In this document: piece by piece, positions 7,296 to 16,029 of the stretch
Numbering within the stretch: position 1 is the first letter of the stretch
Layout of the letters: every line of letters starts with the position of its first letter
IMG/VR virus record: IMGVR_UViG_3300030329_006380
Span: 1 to 64,000 of that record
Reading direction: 5' to 3' (one strand)
DNA: 64,000 nt
From: a virus
Notes under the pieces: generated by a model
Told to the model about the DNA's origin: nothing
The model's input: the letters and a program-made list of their open reading frames with translations, nothing else
Databases searched by the model: none
Program-made: the position numbers and the translations under genes

Positions 7296-8039
7296 TTAAA
7301 CCCCCCGCATAAAACCCTTGAGAAAGAGCCAAAGCTGATTAACAACACTTTTCGCCGCTGCGTCTGCGACTTCTTCAGTATTCTTAGTAGTATTATTTTT
7401 CTTCTCTTCCACTAGGGAAAACAAATATCCCCAGTCGAAATGACCAGGATCCCAGCCACCTTTCTTACTTCCACGTGAAATTGGATCCACATCTTCGTGA
7501 CCTAATATATACTTTCTCTCTAAAGGGATTTCTAGGTTATCACACAAAGATTTTATTAACTTAGCTAGGCTTTTATATTGTGCTTGAGTATAAGCACTAG
7601 TAATAGCTCCGTTTCCATGAGCCAGCAAATCAATGCCAACTGAATTGACATTCGGGCTACCCTTCCAAACCGGTAGGCTTATTGGGTTTTTTAGATCTGG
7701 CCATCTTTCGGTCCACCACTCGTAAAGCTTTTCGGACTGCAAGAGCTTTCTTTTACCACTCCCAGTGTGCCATGCTACTTCAGTTACTGGCAAGAATTGC
7801 CAAATCTTTCCCGTATGATCAATCAAAAAATGGCCTTTATATTTTAATACGTTCGCCATTCTTTTAGCATATGCTTCGCCGATCTTATCAACGGTATTGT
7901 TGTTATTCTTTATTCTTTTTAATCCTGCGCCGTAACCAGTGGTATGTATAATAATTGAATTAATTTTCGATATTAATCTTTTTTTGCCACGAGGGGTCGT
8001 ACTTTCTAAAAATTCATCTGTTACATCAAAGGGGTCCAC
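7296..8039 (-). CDS. N-acetylmuramoyl-L-alanine amidase (Amidase_2), probable endolysin
   Basis: IIIHTT, HFLID, AWHTG, NSVGIDL, GHEDV, DPG motifs. Confidence 0.9.
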   Translation of the reverse strand: MDPFDVTDEFLESTTPRGKKRLISKINSIIIHTTGYGAGLKRIKNNNNTVDKIGEAYAKRMANVLKYKGHFLIDHTGKIWQFLPVTEVAWHTGSGKRKLLQSEKLYEWWTERWPDLKNPISLPVWKGSPNVNSVGIDLLAHGNGAITSAYTQAQYKSLAKLIKSLCDNLEIPLERKYILGHEDVDPISRGSKKGGWDPGHFDWGYLFSLVEEKKNNTTKNTEEVADAAAKSVVNQLWLFLKGFMRGV

Positions 8040-8054
8040 ATTAATATCCTCGCA

Positions 8055-8543
8055 TTAAATACGATATTTCTCTTGTTGTCCAACTAAGCTTATGTATCTT
8101 TCTATACTTATCGGATCAAGTAAATTTAAAGCCAAAAGTTTCTTCAAGATCCAGTGCTTGGGTTCCCTTTCTGGGATTCTTTCTATCTCTTCCCAGCTAA
8201 ATACTTCCGTCTCCTCGTTTCTTTGTACACCCGGATGCAATTGTGGCAATACTAATATAAATAATTTATAAAGCCGGTCATCTTTAACTAGTGAAATACT
8301 ATCAACAATTCTGTATTCACCCTTGTAGCCCGCCTCTTCTTTGAACTCTCTCGTAGCAGCGTCAATAAATCTTTCTCCGGGTTCAACTGTTCCTCCCGGA
8401 AGCCCCCATTGGCCAGGATCCGCAATCTCTTTCGATCTTTTTCCAAGCAAGATCTTTCCGCTCATATCAATCGCAATAACTCCTGCACCCCCAGTTTGTA
8501 ATTTCTTTTTAATTTTCTTCTTTGGAAGTTTGATTCGTATCAT
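8055..8543 (-). CDS. NUDIX hydrolase
   Basis: Intact NUDIX box GTVEPGERFIDAATREFKEEAGY. Confidence 0.92.
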   Translation of the reverse strand: MIRIKLPKKKIKKKLQTGGAGVIAIDMSGKILLGKRSKEIADPGQWGLPGGTVEPGERFIDAATREFKEEAGYKGEYRIVDSISLVKDDRLYKLFILVLPQLHPGVQRNEETEVFSWEEIERIPEREPKHWILKKLLALNLLDPISIERYISLVGQQEKYRI

Positions 8544-8905
8544 AATATTTGTTCCGGCTTCTTTACAAATTGAATTGACTTCAGGCCCTCGATTCTTCTT
8601 TCTCTACTAGGATGGAACAGAGCAACATGCCTTAAGTATTTAAAATACTGCCGCCAGTGACCAATTTTAATAAACTTAAACTTAACCATATGAATTTCCT
8701 CCTCTTCAGTTGCAACAACTTCTACTGAGGAGCAGACAGTAATGCCTTCTATTCCCCGAAATTTATCTAAAATATCAGTGATGTTTGCGCCACGCGCTAC
8801 TTTAAATTTTGCGTAGCCTCTCCAGATTTCATGTGCAACCTCTTCTTGGATAGAGAGGTTGAAGTCCTTAAATTCTTGGATCCATTTATCTGTCATGGTG
8901 TGCAC
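8540..8905 (-). CDS. Hypothetical protein
   Basis: ORF on the gene strand; late-like motif upstream; start 8905 or 8896. Confidence 0.7.
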   Translation of the reverse strand: MHTMTDKWIQEFKDFNLSIQEEVAHEIWRGYAKFKVARGANITDILDKFRGIEGITVCSSVEVVATEEEEIHMVKFKFIKIGHWRQYFKYLRHVALFHPSRERRIEGLKSIQFVKKPEQIL

Positions 8906-8952
8906 TCCATTAAATACTTACATCATTAAGTAGTTTATAATTTTGATTATCT

Positions 8953-9279
8953 CTAATGTACTTCAAGTGATACATTACAATTTAATAAATCATTCTTAGA
9001 ATGTTCAAATCTCTCCAACAAAGAGCGTAATATCAAAGCCTCAGGTTTACTAAGTACTATTTCTTCTACTTGTGATTGATCATAGCAAATTTTTTGTATA
9101 AACTCACCAGTGATTTTAGTTATTGTAAAATGGGAACATAGCGATGCAACAACAATTCCATTAAAATGTCGATTAGATAGAAAGAGTCTCAACAAGTGAA
9201 AAACATATTTTTTCTCCTGTTCCATCTCTCTCATGGTGTTTAAACACTTTACGTATGGAATTGTTATTGCGCCATTCAT
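8953..9279 (-). CDS. Hypothetical protein
   Basis: ATG at 9279 with AGGGGA SD just after the upstream stop. Confidence 0.55.
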   Translation of the reverse strand: MNGAITIPYVKCLNTMREMEQEKKYVFHLLRLFLSNRHFNGIVVASLCSHFTITKITGEFIQKICYDQSQVEEIVLSKPEALILRSLLERFEHSKNDLLNCNVSLEVH

Positions 9280-9280
9280 A

Positions 9281-9592
9281 CTATCCCCTGAGGAGTTGTT
9301 TTCCTTTATTAAGTTTATCTGCAACAACTGATGGACTTCCAACAACTATCATACTTCTAGACATATTGCCGTCAGCAAGCAACAGCTTTGTAAATTCCTG
9401 CATAGGGTTTAATTCTAACTGTAGCAATCCATTCTTCATTTTTGTTGCGGTCAATGGATCTTCGCGAAAAGAAACTATTTGACTAGTATTAACATAAACT
9501 TCGCGAAGAGAATAATTTTTTCTAGGCGAAGTATTTTCTGTGTAATTAGAGACCCCGGAATCTTGATATATTTCAACCATTTTAACTATCAT
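9281..9592 (-). CDS. Hypothetical protein
   Basis: 103-aa ORF; LREVYVNTSQIVSFRE...IVVGSP pattern. Confidence 0.75.
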   Translation of the reverse strand: MIVKMVEIYQDSGVSNYTENTSPRKNYSLREVYVNTSQIVSFREDPLTATKMKNGLLQLELNPMQEFTKLLLADGNMSRSMIVVGSPSVVADKLNKGKQLLRG

Positions 9593-9797
9593 CCTTAACT
9601 CCTTTTTCTATAAGAAATGCATCTCTTCTAGCAACGTACCAAACGTTGTTGTCAAAAGACAGTTTAACATAATTATTTACCTCTTCCAGTACAATTCCAA
9701 TGGCCGGTTTTTGCAGCTTCTTATAGTCACTGTGCAAACTGTGAGAATCATAGAGAAGAATTTGAGATGGAAGATGTACTAAATCACCCCTCTTCAT
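9582..9797 (-). CDS. Small hypothetical protein (SH3/KOW-like)
   Basis: MKRGDLVHLP...IGIVLE; start at 9797 preferred over 9854. Confidence 0.6.
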   Translation of the reverse strand: MKRGDLVHLPSQILLYDSHSLHSDYKKLQKPAIGIVLEEVNNYVKLSFDNNVWYVARRDAFLIEKGVKDDS

Positions 9798-10128
9798 TAG
9801 ATCCCTCTTCTTTAACTTGAGGCTCGGGGGGCTGGTGACTGTGAATGGAGTCACCTCTCTTTTGCAATAAAACTTCTTGATGACCGGTCACCATTGAAAT
9901 AATGTTTCTTAACCTCAAGTTAACAAAGGCCAGATCACCGTAAACTTTATTTAATTTCTGCAGCACCTTCTCTGAATTCGTTGGCGCTTCATCCAATAAA
10001 TTACAGATCTCAGTTAATTGTGGACTAATTTCCGCAACTAATTTTGCATCAATATCTTTCGAGATCAACTCCTTTGCTCTCGTTGGCAATTCCTCAATTG
10101 GGATTGTGTATGAAATATCTACTAACAT
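9784..10128 (-). CDS. Hypothetical protein
   Basis: Starts immediately after the groEL stop. Confidence 0.7.
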   Translation of the reverse strand: MLVDISYTIPIEELPTRAKELISKDIDAKLVAEISPQLTEICNLLDEAPTNSEKVLQKLNKVYGDLAFVNLRLRNIISMVTGHQEVLLQKRGDSIHSHQPPEPQVKEEGSNEEG

Positions 10129-11700
10129 TTAAGCCTCCACTATTGCATGGTTAGTTGTAATAAGTGTTGAAGTCACTGACACGGCGTTTTGCAGTGCGCA
10201 CCTAGTAACTTTTGTTGGATCGATAATCCCAGCATCCACTAGATCGACGATGCGTCGATTAGCAAAATCATAACCATTATTTCCTTCACATTCGTACTTT
10301 ATTCTCTGGATGATAATGTCTGGCGACTCTCCGGCATTTTGAGCCATCTGGCGAACTGGCTCTGAAAGTGCCAACAAAACAATTTTCTTTCCTAGCTCCT
10401 GCTCCTCGTTGTCTGTCTCTACTTCTAAACCCTCAGAAGCTCGAATAAGCGCTGTGCCTCCGCCCGGAACAACGCCCTCTTGTTGGGCTGCCTTAACTGC
10501 TTCCAGTGCGTCAATAATCCGATGTTTTTTTTCTACCATTTCAAGTTCAGTTGCTGCCCCAACTCTAATAACTGCAATGCCAGAAGCAAGACGAGTGATG
10601 CGCCCCTGTATCCTCTCGCATTCATGAATATTATCAGTTTGATTAAGCTCTGCCTTGAGTGCTTCAATTCGCTTTTCAATTTCATCTTCATCTCCATTCC
10701 CATCCATGATGGTGGTCATATTCTTGGTGATTTCAATAGATTTCGCAACACCCAAGTGTTCTAATTTAGTTTCTTTTAATTTATGGCCTGTTTCCCGAGT
10801 AATAAACTCTGCTCCAATTGATATAGCCAGATCTTTTAGAATATCTCTTCTTTCTTGTCCATAGCAAGGAGCCTTAACTGCCGCGACCTTCATTGTTCCA
10901 CGAATGGAGTTCATAATTAATGCCGCCAAAGCTTGTCCAGAAACTTCTTCTGCGACAATCACCAGAGGCCGGCCCTCACGAGCGACAACTTCTAGAACAG
11001 GGAGCATGTCCTCAACCAATTCAATTTTAAAATCAGTAACCAACACAAATGGATTATCATATTTGGTGACTCCTCGTGATTCATCCGTGATAAATTGCGG
11101 AGATGAATATCCGGAATCAATTCTGAATCCTTCGACAATGTCTAAGGATGTCTCATAAGATCTTGCATCTTCAATTGTTATCGACCCATCATTGCCAACC
11201 AAATCAACCGCAGTGGCAATAAGTTTGCCAATAGTTTCATCACCGTTTGCTGAAATGGTGGCAATATGTTCAACATCTTCTTTCTTTTTAATTGGTTTCG
11301 ATATTTCCCGTAAACCAGAGACAATTCTTTCAATTGTTTTGTCCATCCCTCTCTTAAGCTCAATAGGTGATGCCCCCGAGATTAAATATTTCTGGGATCT
11401 CCGGAGGAGGGCTCGGGCCAAAACAGTCGCAGTGGTAGTTCCATCGCCTGCATCTGAGTTTGTTTTTGCTGCAGCCTGTTTGATTGCTTGTGCTCCTAGA
11501 TTTTCAAAGGGGTCCTCAAGATCAATAAATTTTGCAACTGTTACGCCATCTTTTGTAATAATGGGCCTAGCGTCTTTCCGCTGAATTATAACATTTCTTC
11601 CTCGGGGACCAAGCGTACTGGCAACGTTATCTGCTAAGATATTAGCCCCGTTCAGAATTTTATTTTGCAATGTTAGCTTTGATTCATATTGTTTTGGCAT
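10129..11700 (-). CDS. groEL: Chaperonin GroEL (Cpn60)
   Basis: TLGPRGRNV, ITKDGVTVA, AGDGTTTATV, GVVPGGG, GIIDPTKV; lacks the GGM tail. Confidence 0.98.
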   Translation of the reverse strand: MPKQYESKLTLQNKILNGANILADNVASTLGPRGRNVIIQRKDARPIITKDGVTVAKFIDLEDPFENLGAQAIKQAAAKTNSDAGDGTTTATVLARALLRRSQKYLISGASPIELKRGMDKTIERIVSGLREISKPIKKKEDVEHIATISANGDETIGKLIATAVDLVGNDGSITIEDARSYETSLDIVEGFRIDSGYSSPQFITDESRGVTKYDNPFVLVTDFKIELVEDMLPVLEVVAREGRPLVIVAEEVSGQALAALIMNSIRGTMKVAAVKAPCYGQERRDILKDLAISIGAEFITRETGHKLKETKLEHLGVAKSIEITKNMTTIMDGNGDEDEIEKRIEALKAELNQTDNIHECERIQGRITRLASGIAVIRVGAATELEMVEKKHRIIDALEAVKAAQQEGVVPGGGTALIRASEGLEVETDNEEQELGKKIVLLALSEPVRQMAQNAGESPDIIIQRIKYECEGNNGYDFANRRIVDLVDAGIIDPTKVTRCALQNAVSVTSTLITTNHAIVEA

Positions 11701-11715
11701 TTTTCCTCCAAATAA

Positions 11716-11750
11716 AAAACCATGTTGTGTATATTATACAACATGGTTTT
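11716..11750. repeat. Perfect 13-bp inverted repeat with 9-nt spacer overlapping the groEL -10 box
   Basis: AAAACCATGTTGT 11716-11728 / ACAACATGGTTTT 11738-11750. Confidence 0.85.
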
Positions 11751-11761
11751 GTAGGTGTCAA
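11733..11761 (-). promoter_or_regulatory. Consensus sigma70 promoter for groEL
   Basis: TTGACA (11756-11761)-N17-TATAAT (11733-11738). Confidence 0.85.
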
Positions 11762-11774
11762 GGTTTAAATTGTA

Positions 11775-13058
11775 TTATTCGAGATACTTTTCGCCAGCGG
11801 CTGGGCTGGTTTTCTTGGGGGTGAGATCTTCTGTCCCTTCGATTATTTCCTTTGCCGACGCAATGGCACCTTCAGCATGTTGTATTTCCAGCCCACTAGT
11901 AAAAAATAAATTTAAAGATTTTGTCATATCCTTGGTGTTCTGAATGACCTTATAAACTGCTTCATCTAATTCCATGGAGACTCTTTTTAATAAGTCATCA
12001 AGTCCTTTCTGTCCAACCTCCAGTTCTCCAATAAGATCACCCTGTGCTTCAACAAAGTCTTTTTTTATACTAAACTTCATCTTCGCGAGCCTGCCATAAC
12101 TGGTTTCTAGTGCTGCTTTTTTTTGTTCCTGATCAAGACTGGAATATATTTTAATAGATTTTTTCCATGGAAAATAATCCCTGCCGGCAAATTTGCGTTT
12201 CTGTGCCTCCATTGTAACCTTCGCGGAGGCTTCAAGCTCTTCAGGTTGCTCGATAGGTTCTTCAGGTTGCTCGATAGGTTCCGGACGTCTTAATCTTATA
12301 TGTTGTGTGTTCTCGGATTTAGAGAGAATATCCAACACGTTATCTAAAGTAATGTTAAGTTGATATACTTTAATTTTTTCAACCTCGTCATCGCCCTCCT
12401 TCATGGCTATAAAAAACTTTAGCTTTTCTATCTCTACTCCCTCTCTACCTACTAAGGTTTTAGTCAAATTAGTATAACTACCCTCAGTCCGACCCTTGGC
12501 ACTTATTAATTTGACAGTGATGTCATCAGTAATATCAGCAATTGTCTTTGATCCCTGAGCAGGGATCTGTTGCTTACCCAACAATGTGGCAAGAAAAGAT
12601 TCAAAAGTAAAACCTGCTGAAGCTGGATTAAAATCTCTAATGATAGTTGTTAGAGTTTTAAAAAATACCAAATAAGAAAGAATTAATTTAATTTTTTCTG
12701 GTGAGGAAGCACCTTCAAGTTCTGGAAGTGCTCCCTTATAAAAATTTTGTATGTTTCCTAACTTTTCCTTAAGCGATGCGCCCTTAATCGTCCTAAGATA
12801 GTTAATTAATTCAGTGCGCTGTTCACTTGGAATCTTCTTGCCTTCCTCCCCAGACATCTTCGACCACCCTATCTCTGATATCCCAATCGTAGGTATACCG
12901 TCCCAAGTTAGTGAAAGACTTTTATTTTCCACCAGCAGAGATTCCATCTTGGCGTCCAATGCTTCCACTATCATCTCTTGTAAATTTTCTAAAGGAAGGT
13001 CTTGCTTCTTGGTCTTGTTCACCCTTCTTTCGATTAAAAGATCCAAATCATTAATCAT
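11775..13058 (-). CDS. Hypothetical protein with possible PD-(D/E)xK nuclease core
   Basis: AGFTFESFLATLLG...TIADI...TVKLIS pattern; ORF certain, function tentative. Confidence 0.5.
   Translation of the reverse strand: MINDLDLLIERRVNKTKKQDLPLENLQEMIVEALDAKMESLLVENKSLSLTWDGIPTIGISEIGWSKMSGEEGKKIPSEQRTELINYLRTIKGASLKEKLGNIQNFYKGALPELEGASSPEKIKLILSYLVFFKTLTTIIRDFNPASAGFTFESFLATLLGKQQIPAQGSKTIADITDDITVKLISAKGRTEGSYTNLTKTLVGREGVEIEKLKFFIAMKEGDDEVEKIKVYQLNITLDNVLDILSKSENTQHIRLRRPEPIEQPEEPIEQPEELEASAKVTMEAQKRKFAGRDYFPWKKSIKIYSSLDQEQKKAALETSYGRLAKMKFSIKKDFVEAQGDLIGELEVGQKGLDDLLKRVSMELDEAVYKVIQNTKDMTKSLNLFFTSGLEIQHAEGAIASAKEIIEGTEDLTPKKTSPAAGEKYLE
12238..12279. repeat. 21-bp tandem duplication (encodes PIEQPEE x2)
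   Basis: TCTTCAGGTTGCTCGATAGGT twice, exact. Confidence 0.9.
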
Positions 13059-13070
13059 GCTTCTACCTCT

Positions 13071-13649
13071 CTAAACTATTTTATCTGCAATACCATATGC
13101 AACTGCTTCTTCCGCAGAAAGGTATACATTTGTTTTCTTACTAATTATCTTGTTGATCTTCTTAACGGAAAGATTTGTTTCCCGTGCAAGACATTCAAAG
13201 TATTTTTCCTGTGTCCATGCTACTTCTTCTAAATCATTCTGCATTTCTGAAACAGAACCCTGCAATCCTGATCCTCGGGCATTGTGAATCATAACGCGGC
13301 AATATTTGCCAATCTTACGCTTCCCTTTGGTGCCAGCGGCAAGCAACAATACGCCAGCAGACATAACTTTCCCTAGAGCCAAACAGTGGATCTCGTTTTC
13401 TTTTCGCACAATACGCATGGTATCATAAATCGAAAACATATCGTATGCATCGCCTCCGCCCGTAGAAATAATAAATTTAATTGGGGCCTTCTTTTTTTCT
13501 TTATTCTTGCTGTTATTTAGCAGCATCAGGGAATATGTAACCTCTGATGCCCTCTCTTCACTAACTTCACCGTAGAGACCCACCAAGCGTGGCTCTTCCA
13601 GTTCAACGGAGACTAACTGTTCTAATTCTTCAACTATTTCTTTTGACAT
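13071..13649 (-). CDS. clpP: ClpP-like protease subunit
   Basis: ISTGGGDAY, GKVMSAGVLLLAAG (Ser), MIHN (His), YLSAEEAVAYGIAD. Confidence 0.9.
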   Translation of the reverse strand: MSKEIVEELEQLVSVELEEPRLVGLYGEVSEERASEVTYSLMLLNNSKNKEKKKAPIKFIISTGGGDAYDMFSIYDTMRIVRKENEIHCLALGKVMSAGVLLLAAGTKGKRKIGKYCRVMIHNARGSGLQGSVSEMQNDLEEVAWTQEKYFECLARETNLSVKKINKIISKKTNVYLSAEEAVAYGIADKIV

Positions 13650-13671
13650 AATAAAACCCTCCTTAGTATAA

Positions 13672-14064
13672 CTACTTCTGTGAAGATTTTTTTATCAATT
13701 CCATGGCCCCTTCCCAATCTTCAAAATCAATTATTTTTGTTTTAAAAATTATGGGGAATATTATCTTTATTTTTTCAACTGACTGTTGTTTCCAGTCTTC
13801 GATCAATTTCTTATCTAGTTCTTTGGATATTTCTATCGTATCGTGACCTAGATCTATGTCTTCCATGGTTTTATATTTAATCTCACATATAAAATTCATA
13901 TCATCAACAACATTAGACATCAAAAACAAAGACTGGATAATTGTTATTTGTGCTAATTTTGCTGCTTTAACAACCCGCATGGCTTTTGATAAGCCGCTAA
14001 ACAACAAGGCGCCCAAAACAAACCATATGCACTCATAGACACCCGCCACATAATATTCACCCAT
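13672..14064 (-). CDS. Hypothetical protein with N-terminal transmembrane segment
   Basis: CIWFVLGALLFSGL hydrophobic stretch; GGGAG SD. Confidence 0.7.
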   Translation of the reverse strand: MGEYYVAGVYECIWFVLGALLFSGLSKAMRVVKAAKLAQITIIQSLFLMSNVVDDMNFICEIKYKTMEDIDLGHDTIEISKELDKKLIEDWKQQSVEKIKIIFPIIFKTKIIDFEDWEGAMELIKKSSQK

Positions 14065-14081
14065 ATTTCTCCCTTGGTTGC

Positions 14082-14113
14082 AAAAAAAAGGCCCCTAGTT
14101 AAAAACTGGGGCC
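14082..14113 (-). terminator. Intrinsic terminator
   Basis: GGCCCCAGTT...AACTAGGGGCC stem followed by T8 on the minus strand. Confidence 0.8.
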
Positions 14114-14142
14114 TGAAATAACCATTATGGTCTTTTTCGACA

Positions 14143-14805
14143 TTATTTCTTTTTTGTGTATTTTAAAAGTCTCTTAGCAACGCGCTTGGTAACTTCTTCC
14201 AAAATCTCTTTTTCTTTTCGCTGCTTTTGCATATAAGCTTCAACCCTGCGGGCTATCTTTTCAACCAACTTGTCTTTATTAGACGGCACCACTTGAATAT
14301 CAGCTTTTTCAAATTCCTTCATAACTTCTTCCAAGGCCAACTCTTCTTCTGCTTCTCCTTCAGAGGGAAGATCAAATTCTTCGGCAGCGGGTTCGAGTTC
14401 AAGCTCCTCTCCGGCAGGCTCCTCTAGTTCCGGGGCCAATTCATCGTCGGCTGCACCTTCGTCGGCGGCCTCCTCTGCTGCTGTCACAACCTTCTTCAAG
14501 AAAGGTAAAGCGCCCTCAAGTTCCTCAGGGGAGATATCAATTTCTGCATCTGCGGCAGGTTCCTCAGCTTCCTCAGCGCCAAGCTCTTCACCTGCAGCCA
14601 GATCATCGAGAACGGCCTCTTCGTCGGCAAGGGGTTCTTCAAGAGCTACTCCTTCAGCGCCAAGTTCTAATTCTTCACCGGCTTCGGCAGGAAGCTCTTC
14701 TTCATCTCTGACATAGACCTTGCCAGTTTCATTTATAGCGCCAATTTTGGCCAATTTCTGAAAGCGGCGGATTGTGCTTTCGTTAAGTAATTTATCTTTG
14801 CTCAT
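14143..14805 (-). CDS. Highly acidic protein, possible internal head/scaffold-like protein
   Basis: Long Glu/Ala-rich centre; LLNESTIRRFQKLAKI N-terminus; late-like motif upstream. Confidence 0.6.
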   Translation of the reverse strand: MSKDKLLNESTIRRFQKLAKIGAINETGKVYVRDEEELPAEAGEELELGAEGVALEEPLADEEAVLDDLAAGEELGAEEAEEPAADAEIDISPEELEGALPFLKKVVTAAEEAADEGAADDELAPELEEPAGEELELEPAAEEFDLPSEGEAEEELALEEVMKEFEKADIQVVPSNKDKLVEKIARRVEAYMQKQRKEKEILEEVTKRVAKRLLKYTKKK

Positions 14806-14878
14806 TTGAATCTCTCCTTAAAAGAAAATAAATTAGGAATCTCAATGTATAATAAATAGTATTACAAACCTGAAAAAG

Positions 14879-15214
14879 CTATAAATCAGGATGTTCTTTT
14901 TCCAGTATGTCGAATATACTTTCGACCTCTCCTTCGTTTAGGCCAAACTTTGTCTTGGTCAACTTAGCTTTTTTAATTAGATTCCTATTAGATTTTCTCT
15001 GACCCTTTTCGGATTGGCCTCTTTCTTCTTTATGTTCATCAATTATATGAGTGATTCTTTCATCGTTTTTCAGGTAAGCCGAAATAATCATCTGAAAGAA
15101 CTCGGTTATTTTCATATTATCATAATTCAATCTTATTTTTAGTTCTGCATGTCTCTTGTCCGTCTCCTTGAAAACAATGTTTTTCTTGGTTAGGCCATAA
15201 AGTGTGTCATTCAT
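14879..15214 (-). CDS. Hypothetical protein
   Basis: 111-aa ORF coupled to the upstream gene. Confidence 0.7.
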   Translation of the reverse strand: MNDTLYGLTKKNIVFKETDKRHAELKIRLNYDNMKITEFFQMIISAYLKNDERITHIIDEHKEERGQSEKGQRKSNRNLIKKAKLTKTKFGLNEGEVESIFDILEKEHPDL

Positions 15215-15566
15215 TTTCTTTTATTTTCCTTAAAAGATATTCAGATAGGTCTTCAAAACTATATCCAGAGTCTGGGTTTGGATCTGATGGCCACTCCAAC
15301 TCTCTAATGCTGTTTCTATGAAAATAAAATATTGTTGGCACCCCATCTTTAATAAAGGCTTTTGATAATCTTTTTTCCACTCTAACGTTAACATTGCCAA
15401 AATTAATTCTATCTTGAAAAGCTAACGCTAGTTGATCAAAAACTGGCTCTAGTCCTATGCATAGTGCGCATGTATCAGAAGTAAACTTCACCAACCATGG
15501 CTTGTCGCTCTCTTTAACAGAGAGATTAAAGTTTGAAAGAAATAATTTTTTAACTTTGCTTTTCAT
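15207..15566 (-). CDS. Thioredoxin-like protein
   Basis: WLVKFTSDTCALC (CxxC) and GVPTIFYF cis-Pro motif; start 15566 preferred. Confidence 0.8.
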   Translation of the reverse strand: MKSKVKKLFLSNFNLSVKESDKPWLVKFTSDTCALCIGLEPVFDQLALAFQDRINFGNVNVRVEKRLSKAFIKDGVPTIFYFHRNSIRELEWPSDPNPDSGYSFEDLSEYLLRKIKENE

Positions 15567-16014
15567 CTGTCGATCCCAATGCTCCTTCCCCCCGATCACT
15601 TATTGTAATGGGGTACTCGTTGTAAAGATTGCCTTCTTCCTTTGTTTCTACCGCCCTAAAATGTACAATTGGAACCAAAACTGCTTGAGCTATCTTCATT
15701 CCCGGTTCTATCTTTCGCCGGAGAACACCAATATTATGAAGGTTAACAAAGACCTCCCCCTCATACCCTGAGTCGACAACGCAAGCACCAACAATTAAAC
15801 TCTTCTTGGCAGCAACGCCAGATCTATTTTTAATCTCCAGCATATAACCATGCGGAATTCCAAATTTTAATCCTGTTTGTAATACCGCTCCATAGCCGGG
15901 TTGAAGCAGTACAGCATTGCCGTCTTCTGGATTAAAATACAAATCCAACCCCGCATCGGAAGGATTTGCACGAGTTGGGCATACGCCTCTCATTTTATAG
16001 TACTCCAATAACAT
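15550..16014 (-). CDS. dut: dUTPase (trimeric)
   Basis: DAGLDL, NRSGVA, VVDSGYEGEV, IAQAV, RGEGALGST. Confidence 0.97.
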   Translation of the reverse strand: MLLEYYKMRGVCPTRANPSDAGLDLYFNPEDGNAVLLQPGYGAVLQTGLKFGIPHGYMLEIKNRSGVAAKKSLIVGACVVDSGYEGEVFVNLHNIGVLRRKIEPGMKIAQAVLVPIVHFRAVETKEEGNLYNEYPITISDRGEGALGSTDEKQS

Positions 16015-16029
16015 AAAGCCTCCTTATAA

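Noticed and set aside
11716-11750. CIRCE element upstream of groEL
   Set aside because: Same 9-nt spacer, but the arms do not match TTAGCACTC/GAGTGCTAA; kept only as an unknown palindrome.
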